A stretch of DNA of 27,084 nt from a virus (lineage: Duplodnaviria > Caudoviricetes): IMG/VR virus record IMGVR_UViG_3300022200_008417, positions 1 through 27,084 of that record. One strand, 5' to 3'. Below, in pieces: positions 17,484-24,926 of this stretch; position 1 is the stretch's first letter, and each line of letters begins with the position of its first letter. A program made the position numbers and the translations under genes. The notes beneath the pieces were generated by a model, which was not told the DNA's origin, made no database searches, and saw nothing but the letters and a program-made list of their open reading frames with translations.

Positions 17484-18854
17484 CTACTCCTTTTTACGAA
17501 ATCCTAAATTTACAAGACCTGCCGTTTTTGGAAACATCTCAGCTGTTCTAAAATCTTTGAATTGTGGCACCTTTAATGCTCCTCCTGCTGTTTTACCTAG
17601 GGCGTACACTCTAATGGGCTTACCGATATATGAGTCTGGGTCAACGGCCATTGCTTCTCGAAGCGCATCTGAGAAACCACCTCCAACCTGGCCGATAATG
17701 GGACCCCTTGGGGTATACGAATACCTGATAAAACCCATTCGGTTGGAATGCTTCCCTTGCCCCAAATGTATTTCCCTGATGTAAACATCGTAATCTTCTT
17801 TGAACTTGGCTTTAATTGGCACTGATTCATCTAAATTATACAACACGAACCCCTCTTCTGTTAGGGGGTGTTGCTTGAAAGATACCCTGGAAATGAGATC
17901 TTCTTTTTCCTCAGGTGTCCAGGCAAACGGTGGTGTGCTTAACTGGGGTACTCTAGCGGATATATCTTGAAGTATATTCAATTTGTCTGAATAAGGCATG
18001 TTATTATAGGGTTTGCCCTTGTACCTGAGTACGTCATAAAGAGCTATGCCAAATCCGGGTACCTTATCTCGAGCCTTCCAAACATTTGATACTAACGCTC
18101 CGGTTGTATCCTGTGGTGGTAAGGCCCTTCCTTGGGGGTCTCTTGCGTAGACCTCTCCCATAAGCACGGTGTTTTTTAAGTCTTTGGGGAGCTTTATCTT
18201 GTTTGCCTGTATTCTGTAAGTATGGTCTATAAGCTCATGTGACTTTTTAGATGGGCGATACGAATAAACATCTACGCCCTTTTCTCCCCTTAAATCAAAT
18301 ATATTAGCTGCGCCATCTATTTTTGGCGCCAATACTTGATTAGCATTATCTACATTTATATCTTGTGTCTCAACAGATTTAAATGACGGCTTGGACCGCG
18401 GTATGTGTGGCTTTGATTGCTCGGTGGAAGTATGATTAAAAAACAACCAATTAGTTCCACCGGTATTTATTAAAGAAAGCCTTACAGTTTTAGTGCCATC
18501 ATATATATTAAATCGAAAATGGGTCCCGTCTGATTTAATCACCTCGGCAGTACCAGATTTATATATCTTTACCTTACCTTTTCCATACCCATCTTCTATA
18601 ACTCCCTCGAAGTTGGTATACTCCTCAGTATGGTCTGGTTGCTGCACGGCAAGCGTCTTTTGTCCAGCCGATAATGGTAAGTTGCGCACCGCCCAGGAAT
18701 GCGCTATTCTAGTTGATGGGTCCACCATGCGAAAGTCGTAATGCAGCCCCGCCCTATCTGCGTGATGCTCATGTATTACAAACTTCCAAGCCTGTGGTTT
18801 TGTTACAGTAGGTAATTCAGAAATTCTATTCTTATCTGGTATTCCAAGAATCAT
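17484..18854 (-). CDS. ATP-dependent DNA ligase with an N-terminal LigD 3'-phosphoesterase domain
   Basis: PE domain: H...LHYDFR, SWAV, DH..EY..FEG.I..GYGKG.V. Ligase motifs: I PKIDG, III LMGEV, IIIa LYDVL, IV EGFVL, V KAK, then an OB fold (VGGGFSD). Confidence 0.88.
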   Translation of the reverse strand: MILGIPDKNRISELPTVTKPQAWKFVIHEHHADRAGLHYDFRMVDPSTRIAHSWAVRNLPLSAGQKTLAVQQPDHTEEYTNFEGVIEDGYGKGKVKIYKSGTAEVIKSDGTHFRFNIYDGTKTVRLSLINTGGTNWLFFNHTSTEQSKPHIPRSKPSFKSVETQDINVDNANQVLAPKIDGAANIFDLRGEKGVDVYSYRPSKKSHELIDHTYRIQANKIKLPKDLKNTVLMGEVYARDPQGRALPPQDTTGALVSNVWKARDKVPGFGIALYDVLRYKGKPYNNMPYSDKLNILQDISARVPQLSTPPFAWTPEEKEDLISRVSFKQHPLTEEGFVLYNLDESVPIKAKFKEDYDVYIREIHLGQGKHSNRMGFIRYSYTPRGPIIGQVGGGFSDALREAMAVDPDSYIGKPIRVYALGKTAGGALKVPQFKDFRTAEMFPKTAGLVNLGFRKKE

Positions 18855-19828
18855 CTTTTAGATTCTCTTGTCGATCTATTAAAGCCTTTTATTTTTGTCT
18901 TGCCCTCTTCCACCTTTTGCGGATCTACTTTTGGGATTACATTTTCGGGCGTCTTCGACTTCATTTTGAACTCTGGCAAGTCTTCGCCGAGCTCCTCAGC
19001 ACTAATAACGGCCTTCGGAGTATTAGGTGCCGTGATATTAAACTCTATGCTGTGGAAAAGCTGCTGAGAATCAGTTTCTTCTTTTTCACTCCTCTCTAGT
19101 TTTTCCGCAGTTTTTAGTGCTACCTGTGACCACTTATAGGCTAAGTCGTGGTCAGCTTTACCAGACTTTGAGTTTTCTTTAAATAAATAAAACGCATCAT
19201 TCATCATGTCCTGGAGCATCTCTTGATATGAGCGATTTGGCGATAGGCCTAACTTCCAAAGTAGATAGCCTTTGTCGCCCTTCAACGCTAACATATACAT
19301 AGATTTAAAGCTTTCATCTACCTCGGCATCTACTAAGTCTTTTAAATGTGGCGTACGCCAATTCTTGACATTAAAGAAGTGTTGTAGATAAAATATAATA
19401 TCGTCAGGCCCATAATTTAAATCATATCTTGCATTAAGCATAAGCTCAATGTCTTCATCTGTTACGCGAGCTAATGCCATTGATTGCACTGCTCTGCGCA
19501 TCTTGGGATCTTCCAAAATACGAATAGCACCGTCATATCCGGTTAACTGATACCTTAATTCTGGGTCGTAAGGAAGATCATAGTGGGCATGATATAGCCC
19601 GTATATACCTTCTGATAAAAGATGATCAGACTCTGGTGTATTTTTTCTACCATAACGGAAATAATCAGGATATTGTTTCTCTAAGTAACTATATAAATCC
19701 TTACATAAATCAATAATATTAGTTGGTATAGATAAATCTAACTCACGCAAGTGAACAACTATATCATGTGGTTGCTCCTTACGAAACATCATTGACTTAA
19801 CTAAATTTTCATATGGTAGTTTATGCAT
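18851..19828 (-). CDS. Hypothetical protein (small terminase subunit candidate, unproven)
   Basis: 325-aa, probably helical ORF with an ATGA overlap to the ligase. No motif recognised. Confidence 0.6.
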   Translation of the reverse strand: MHKLPYENLVKSMMFRKEQPHDIVVHLRELDLSIPTNIIDLCKDLYSYLEKQYPDYFRYGRKNTPESDHLLSEGIYGLYHAHYDLPYDPELRYQLTGYDGAIRILEDPKMRRAVQSMALARVTDEDIELMLNARYDLNYGPDDIIFYLQHFFNVKNWRTPHLKDLVDAEVDESFKSMYMLALKGDKGYLLWKLGLSPNRSYQEMLQDMMNDAFYLFKENSKSGKADHDLAYKWSQVALKTAEKLERSEKEETDSQQLFHSIEFNITAPNTPKAVISAEELGEDLPEFKMKSKTPENVIPKVDPQKVEEGKTKIKGFNRSTRESKR

Positions 19829-19842
19829 AATTTTTAAGCTTA

Positions 19843-20289
19843 TTAGCGATAATACGCTGGATTTTCATACATACGAAGCTTTCGAGCCAATAAAGATTTG
19901 TCTTGAAGTTTCTTATGTTTACGAAATAAATTCTTTGTTATTTCGTGTACGGCATTTTCTTTAGCAATAGCATACCCAACACCCAAGGAGGCCACGGGGT
20001 GCCGTAGCGCCCAACGCTTTGCCTTTTGCTGTCCAATCATTCGATTAACGGATTCTTCTGTTTTGTCATCTAGATATAAACCTAAATGGTCCTCTACGTC
20101 ATGATAATCAAACTTGGCCATTTTATGAAATCCAAGTTCGTGTAACATTGCTGTTTTTCCTTGTCGTTTAAAATATTGCACTTGACGCTCGCGCTTCCAT
20201 ACTTCGTCTTCGGTGTCGTATGGTCCGCCGAGCTTTTTGGAACCGTCTTTAGAGTACAGGTAGTACTTTCCGTCGATTACCTTTTTCAT
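19843..20289 (-). CDS. Two-module basic hypothetical virion cargo protein
   Basis: 148 aa; the two modules are joined by KTAMLHELGFHKMA. Confidence 0.7.
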   Translation of the reverse strand: MKKVIDGKYYLYSKDGSKKLGGPYDTEDEVWKRERQVQYFKRQGKTAMLHELGFHKMAKFDYHDVEDHLGLYLDDKTEESVNRMIGQQKAKRWALRHPVASLGVGYAIAKENAVHEITKNLFRKHKKLQDKSLLARKLRMYENPAYYR

Positions 20290-21398
20290 TAACCGAGGGC
20301 AAGCTTTTTATAGTCTTTGTAATACTTGTAATTTCTTTTTGCTTGCTCATCAAAAGCTGCTTCATCCGCAAGTAATTTTCTAGCCTTACCCCTTCCAATC
20401 TGTGACAGCCCTGCCCCAACTAATCCAATAAGCGTTCCTACGCGGGCGGCATTACGGGCCGCGACACCTACTCCAAGACCGCCGGCTAGTGGGCCTACTG
20501 CACCAAGAGTTGCTCCTAGTGCAGCGCCTAGAAGGGCATTTCTGCGCGTACGACGTCCGCTAACAGTATACTCAAGATCTTTGAGATCCTCATCTTTAAA
20601 GCGTTTATAAGATACTGTTGGTGTTGTGTTTCCCCAAATCTCTTTCCATGGATATTCTGGGCGGGTTGCGGCAACCTTATGAAATCCAAGTTCTGATAAC
20701 ATAGCTGTTTTTCCCTTACCAGCAAAAGTATCATAAACCGTCTTAGCGCCAACCACTGCTGCAGTACCTCCAAGAACTTTTTTTCCAGCGCCCACTATTT
20801 GTTCGGCCTGTTCTTGTGACTTATTCCTAAGTTTTAAAAATTCTTCTTTACGTGCTGAATTTGGGACGTAACCATTACCGGAAGCAGGGCCTTTTTTCAT
20901 TTTTTCAAGGAGGGCCTTACGTTTACCAGACGCTTGGTATAATTCTTTACCAATATATTTTTCAGCCTTTGTGGCAGCATTACGCACCACATTTAATCCT
21001 CTATCCAACAGCCCGGCATTTTTATAAAATCTTAATTCTTGTGACATTGCTGTTTTTTCCTTACCGGCAAAAGCACTATCAATCCCTTTACCGACAGCCA
21101 ATATTCCAGCACCTCCAAGAACTTTTTTTCCAGTGCCTACTATTTTTTTGGCCTGTTCGTCTGAGTCGGCCCTAAGTCTCTGAAAAGTTGATTTATACTG
21201 TGATCTCTCGGAAACAGGCATTTTTTTCATTTTTTCAAGAAGATACTTGCGTCCCTCATTACGGCTGTATAATTTCTTACCAATATATTTTTCAGCCTTT
21301 GTGGCAGCATTACTCACCACATTTAATCCTTTAGCCAACAGCCCGGCATTTTTATAAAATCTTAATTCTTGTGACATTGCTGTTTTTTCCTTTTTCAT
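20289..21398 (-). CDS. Three-module basic hypothetical virion cargo polyprotein with an internal tandem duplication
   Basis: 369 aa; KTAMSQELRFYKNA occurs twice and KTAMLSELGFHKVA once. Confidence 0.75.
   Translation of the reverse strand: MKKEKTAMSQELRFYKNAGLLAKGLNVVSNAATKAEKYIGKKLYSRNEGRKYLLEKMKKMPVSERSQYKSTFQRLRADSDEQAKKIVGTGKKVLGGAGILAVGKGIDSAFAGKEKTAMSQELRFYKNAGLLDRGLNVVRNAATKAEKYIGKELYQASGKRKALLEKMKKGPASGNGYVPNSARKEEFLKLRNKSQEQAEQIVGAGKKVLGGTAAVVGAKTVYDTFAGKGKTAMLSELGFHKVAATRPEYPWKEIWGNTTPTVSYKRFKDEDLKDLEYTVSGRRTRRNALLGAALGATLGAVGPLAGGLGVGVAARNAARVGTLIGLVGAGLSQIGRGKARKLLADEAAFDEQAKRNYKYYKDYKKLALG
20938..21392. repeat. Intragenic direct repeat, 20938-21062 versus 21268-21392 (330-bp period)
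   Basis: 120 of 125 nt identical by hand alignment. Further similarity at about 20766-20810 versus 21111-21155. Confidence 0.9.
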
Positions 21399-21982
21399 TT
21401 ATTGCGGTATTTATTCATGAACGCCAAGTAATCCTCGTAGTCTTCGCGAGTCTTGGCTTCATTAAGTTCAGGGAACTGTAGTCTCTTAACTGTGTTTAAG
21501 TCGTTTATTGCACGAAGCCCTCTAGCAGACAAAGCGCCCACTGCCGCGCCCCTGAGTGCCCTTCCTACTGCATTGGCAGGTGTTGCAGACAGGGCGCCGA
21601 TGGCACTACCGGCCAATGCACCAGCCAAATAAGTTCCGCCCATGCCGCTCTCACTACTCATTAGATACTTATCTGCTTTGGTGGAAAGATTTTTGTACTT
21701 TTTATAACTGATTGGCTTCTCGGCACCGTATATATCGTGATAATCATTGAAACCCTGCTCAAGCTTGCTCAACTCTTCTTTGGCTGTTTTATGAAAGCCT
21801 AGCTTCTCGTTTTGATTTGTGTATGTTTCACCAGGCCATGTTGGCGTTGGTAGCGGTTCTTCTATGTTTCTAGATACATATCTAGTTTTACCCATAGGAG
21901 ATTCATATTCTCTTCTTGGGTAAGTAAATTTAATATTTAGATAATTAGCTATCTTAGTAATCGTCTGTTCTGTGTTTTGCAT
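21395..21982 (-). CDS. Hypothetical virion cargo protein
   Basis: 195 aa with TKIA and EKLGFHKTA. The C-terminal module resembles the last module of 20289-21398. Confidence 0.7.
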   Translation of the reverse strand: MQNTEQTITKIANYLNIKFTYPRREYESPMGKTRYVSRNIEEPLPTPTWPGETYTNQNEKLGFHKTAKEELSKLEQGFNDYHDIYGAEKPISYKKYKNLSTKADKYLMSSESGMGGTYLAGALAGSAIGALSATPANAVGRALRGAAVGALSARGLRAINDLNTVKRLQFPELNEAKTREDYEDYLAFMNKYRNK

Positions 21983-22014
21983 TTTTTTTATCCTGATATT
22001 ATAATAGCTCTAAT

Positions 22015-22043
22015 AATATATTAAAATAAAACATTAATGTCAA
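22015..22043 (-). promoter_or_regulatory. Sigma70-like promoter TTGACA-17-TATATT at the head of the morphogenesis block
   Basis: -35 at 22043-22038 and -10 at 22020-22015. Confidence 0.65.
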
Positions 22044-22050
22044 GTTTTAC

Positions 22051-22067
22051 GGTATAAGAAATATGTA
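22051..22067 (+). promoter_or_regulatory. Phage-specific promoter/operator motif GGTATAAGAAATATGTA (copy 1)
   Basis: Exact 17-bp match to 24709-24725. Both copies are preceded by TTTT-R-Y and lie upstream of an AAGGAG-led plus-strand ORF. Confidence 0.7.
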
Positions 22068-22097
22068 GAAACCAACGGATTAATCTGTTGGTTTCTA
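22066..22097. repeat. 15-bp inverted repeat (hairpin/cruciform)
   Basis: TAGAAACCAACGGAT-TA-ATCTGTTGGTTTCTA, with one G-T pair. Confidence 0.8.
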
Positions 22098-22136
22098 AAA
22101 CACTTAAACATTTGTTTTAAATTAAGGAGAACGACC

Positions 22137-22205
22137 ATGAAGTATAACATCAAACCAAGAGGCGATAGGACAACCCGGCCAGTCTTACCGCCACGTCCAA
22201 GATGA
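22137..22205 (+). CDS. 22-aa Pro/Arg-rich peptide MKYNIKPRGDRTTRPVLPPRPR
   Basis: Strong TAAGGAG RBS upstream of the ATG at 22137, and an ATGA overlap with the next gene. Confidence 0.6.
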   Translation: MKYNIKPRGDRTTRPVLPPRPR

Positions 22206-22414
22206 GTTTTTTTGACAGAAAGCTGGCAGAGTGGGTGGCTGCCGGCAAGTCCGTACCATTTCAGGAATTTTTAGGTATGGATGATAAACAATTCCAAAAG
22301 TTCCTTGACGATGGGCTGTTATTAAGTAAAGACAAAAAGATGAGCGCCCATTACAAGAGTGAGTTGAGACGAAGAGAGTTATATAAGAAAAAGGTTAATA
22401 ATAATGAAGTCTAA
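22202..22414 (+). CDS. Hypothetical protein, 70 aa
   Basis: ORF coupled to both neighbours. Confidence 0.65.
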   Translation: MSFFDRKLAEWVAAGKSVPFQEFLGMDDKQFQKFLDDGLLLSKDKKMSAHYKSELRRRELYKKKVNNNEV

Positions 22415-22865
22415 TTATATCTACCCCAAGCGGGTTGAAGATCCAGACAGTCTAAAGTTCAGCTATATCGATGAATTGAAGGTAGGAGACCAGCTAGGAA
22501 AAACTGGCTGGTACGTTAAGGAGCTCCATGAACTCCCGAAGAAGCACTGGGACAAGTTCTTGCAGCTGTACAGTGATATGCAGATGGAATCCAGTGGTAT
22601 CTCCCAGGAGTGGGCACACTGGAAGCTATGGTCCTTTCTGCAAGATAAATTGGGCCTGGATCCAAAAAAGAGCTGGTCATTCCGGCTACAGGCAGGCGAC
22701 AAAATCTTGGTATTCTCTCGTGGGTACATCGAAGGACATAAGCCAGAGGATGCTGATCCGCGAGACTTGCTGGGGGCTTTGGGGCTGAATGGTCTTGGTG
22801 GAGGCTTGGGCGGTAAGGAGCCGTTCGAGATCGAGGGTATTAGGGCAAAGGGGGTTGTAAAGTGA
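22404..22865 (+). CDS. Hypothetical protein, 153 aa
   Basis: ORF overlapping both neighbours, with a GTGA overlap to clpP. Confidence 0.7.
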   Translation: MKSNYIYPKRVEDPDSLKFSYIDELKVGDQLGKTGWYVKELHELPKKHWDKFLQLYSDMQMESSGISQEWAHWKLWSFLQDKLGLDPKKSWSFRLQAGDKILVFSRGYIEGHKPEDADPRDLLGALGLNGLGGGLGGKEPFEIEGIRAKGVVK

Positions 22866-23437
22866 TGATGCCAATGGTGGTAGAACCCACCGCCGGTGGC
22901 GAGCGGGCATATGACCTGTTCTCGCGGCTAATGAAGGATCGTATCATCTTCATCGGAACGCCCATCGATGACCGCATCGCTGCAGTCATTGTGGGCCAGC
23001 TGCTATTTCTGGAAGCGGAAGATCCGGACAAGCCAATCAATATTTATATCAACAGCCCAGGAGGAACTGTTTCCGCGGGCATGGCAATCTACGACACCAT
23101 GCAGTACATCAAGCCAAAGGTCCGGACCATCTGTGTCGGCATGGCGGCTTCGATGGGTGCCCTGCTGTTGGCAGCCGGGGCGGAAGGTGAGCGTCTGGCA
23201 TTGCCCCACTCCCGCATTATGATTCATCAACCAATGGGCGGTGCTTTTGGACAGGCCTCAGATATCGAAATTCATGCCAAGGAAATCCTCCGCATGAGAG
23301 GCGAATTGAATGAGATCCTAGCCAAGCACACCGGCAAATCGGTAGAAGAGGTTGAACGCGACACAGATCGCGACAATTTCATGTCAGCTCATGATGCTGT
23401 TTACTACGGTATCATTGACGAAGTCGCAAAGCGGTAA
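22862..23437 (+). CDS. clpP: ATP-dependent Clp protease proteolytic subunit
   Basis: [18 protein letters not shown], catalytic Ser in GMAASMG, His in IMIHQP and Asp in DRDNFM. Confidence 0.97.
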   Translation: MMMPMVVEPTAGGERAYDLFSRLMKDRIIFIGTPIDDRIAAVIVGQLLFLEAEDPDKPINIYINSPGGTVSAGMAIYDTMQYIKPKVRTICVGMAASMGALLLAAGAEGERLALPHSRIMIHQPMGGAFGQASDIEIHAKEILRMRGELNEILAKHTGKSVEEVERDTDRDNFMSAHDAVYYGIIDEVAKR

Positions 23438-23628
23438 TTGCCGCGACGTTGTAACAGTAGGCGGTGTGGCATCATCATAAATAATAAAATTGGATGATCC
23501 CCATACTATACGTCTATTGGTACTGCGATGGAATTTGGCATCGCTGGATTCAAAAAAGTCTAGTGAAAATGTCATATATAAATATAATAATCGACAGTGA
23601 ATAATTCAAGAGAAAGTGAAAAAAAATT

Positions 23629-24477
23629 ATGAATAATTATGTTGTTTATCTAATGGAAGTCAAGAACCTCTTCGAGGTTGGCCTTAAGGTCGGCCGTACA
23701 ACAAACCTGAGCCAGAGAGAATACTCGCTGGCCCATGGAGGAGCATCACCCTGTAGAGTCAAGACCATTGCGGTCTTGCACGGGGTGACCGAAGAAGAGG
23801 TACACAACCACCTTAAGTTTTGTAGTAGGGTGGTAATTAATGACAGGGGTGAGTATTATAAGTGGGATAAGAGGCTCTTCGATTACTTCGGAGCAGATTA
23901 TTATCCTGAGCCTCCAGCGCTGGGAACTATGGAAGGCATGTGGAATGTAACATATGCCCCATACACATCGAGGCCGTCTATGGCCCAAGTAGCTCAGGCT
24001 GCAATGATGGGTGGTGGATCTAGCCCCGACATTGTCGAGGACAAGACCGGATTGGTCAACTGTTATGTTGACAATCTTGGCCTGATTAGTGCTACCTACA
24101 AAAACAATGTAGATGGCGGTTATAATATGCTGGTAAATCGAGCAGGGTGCAATATTATCAATCGTGGGTCGATTGGTTGGGACAGGGTGATTGGGATTTA
24201 CGACCTGTCCAGGCAGTGGGTAAGTCAACACGGAACATCGTCTCAAAGAAAGCTGATCGAAAAGCAGCAAAAAGAGTTTAAGTCACTGTTTAGTAGGTTC
24301 CGTAGAAACAGCGTCGTCGAAAATACCTTGGGGCCACGATATGGTAAACATGTCAAGGTCTACGTAGACACGAAGACGCAAAAGGCATACCTGACCCGTC
24401 AGGGAAGGCTGGTAGATGTCTTCTCAGGTAAGGAAGGCGGAGGTAAGTGGGAGTTGGAGCGTGTTGCAGCAGCTTAA
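23629..24477 (+). CDS. T5orf172/MUG113 (GIY-YIG-like) domain protein
   Basis: The N-terminus VYLM...KVGRTTNLSQR..L...P......EEEVH..L......GEYY matches the T5orf172 pattern. C-terminus not recognised. Confidence 0.65.
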   Translation: MNNYVVYLMEVKNLFEVGLKVGRTTNLSQREYSLAHGGASPCRVKTIAVLHGVTEEEVHNHLKFCSRVVINDRGEYYKWDKRLFDYFGADYYPEPPALGTMEGMWNVTYAPYTSRPSMAQVAQAAMMGGGSSPDIVEDKTGLVNCYVDNLGLISATYKNNVDGGYNMLVNRAGCNIINRGSIGWDRVIGIYDLSRQWVSQHGTSSQRKLIEKQQKEFKSLFSRFRRNSVVENTLGPRYGKHVKVYVDTKTQKAYLTRQGRLVDVFSGKEGGGKWELERVAAA

Positions 24478-24715
24478 ACTTAGTCGCAAGAATTTCCCTA
24501 AACACGAATGCAGATTTGTAATCATGTGGGAGTGGCAGGGATCGGTGTTTGCGGAACAAGTAAAAAGCTGGGGAGGCGGCAAGTACGAAATCGTCATGTA
24601 TGACGAAGGGCTGGGTGTCCCTGAGTTCAAACAAATAGCCAGCGTAAGCAAGTGGCTAAAATCGTTTGAAGGATTAGACGCCCAAATACATATTTCTACC
24701 GATTTTGTGGTATAA
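24461..24715 (+). CDS. Hypothetical protein (start uncertain: GTG 24461, TTG 24464 or ATG 24524)
   Basis: Open frame that fills the gap, with GGAG upstream of 24461. Confidence 0.5.
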   Translation: MLQQLKLSRKNFPKHECRFVIMWEWQGSVFAEQVKSWGGGKYEIVMYDEGLGVPEFKQIASVSKWLKSFEGLDAQIHISTDFVV

Positions 24716-24725
24716 GAAATATGTA
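24709..24725 (+). promoter_or_regulatory. Phage-specific motif GGTATAAGAAATATGTA (copy 2)
   Basis: Exact repeat of 22051-22067, followed by AACAAGGAG and the ATG at 24738. Confidence 0.7.
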
Positions 24726-24737
24726 AACAAGGAGTAT

Positions 24738-24920
24738 ATGATGACGATGATTCAAGCGAGAGAAGAGGGCTTGGCCTACGAGGTCAGGCCCTCCTCTATC
24801 CAAGACGGCCTGTGGGCCGTCTACCTGGTGTCTGGCATCTCCAGCTCCACCGAATCGGTGGAGGTGGCCTCTGGCCTCGATTATGTCGAGGCCCAGAGAT
24901 GGGTCCGACAGCAGGTTTAA
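24738..24920 (+). CDS. Small acidic hypothetical protein, 60 aa
   Basis: An AAGGAG RBS supports a start at 24738 (or 24741) rather than 24705. Followed by a terminator. Confidence 0.65.
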   Translation: MMTMIQAREEGLAYEVRPSSIQDGLWAVYLVSGISSSTESVEVASGLDYVEAQRWVRQQV

Positions 24921-24926
24921 GAGGAG

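Noticed and set aside
20123-21392. Repeats as a CRISPR array or a diversity-generating retroelement template/variable pair
   Set aside because: The repeats are in-frame coding sequence and irregularly spaced, the mismatches are not adenine-specific, and no cas or reverse transcriptase gene is in the window.
16444-21982. Gly-rich tagged proteins as a bacteriocin/RiPP cluster
   Set aside because: No modifying enzymes, peptidase-ABC exporter or double-glycine leaders are present. The context is phage head morphogenesis.
22862-23437. ClpP as the capsid maturation protease
   Set aside because: It is on the opposite strand, outside the head operon and cellular-like in sequence, and a dedicated prohead protease lies at 7634-10552.
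23438-23628. Possible hairpin or ncRNA after clpP, and a degenerate copy of the 17-bp motif near 23571
   Set aside because: The stem depends on many G-T pairs and has no U-tract, the motif match is weak, and no tRNA-like fold was seen.
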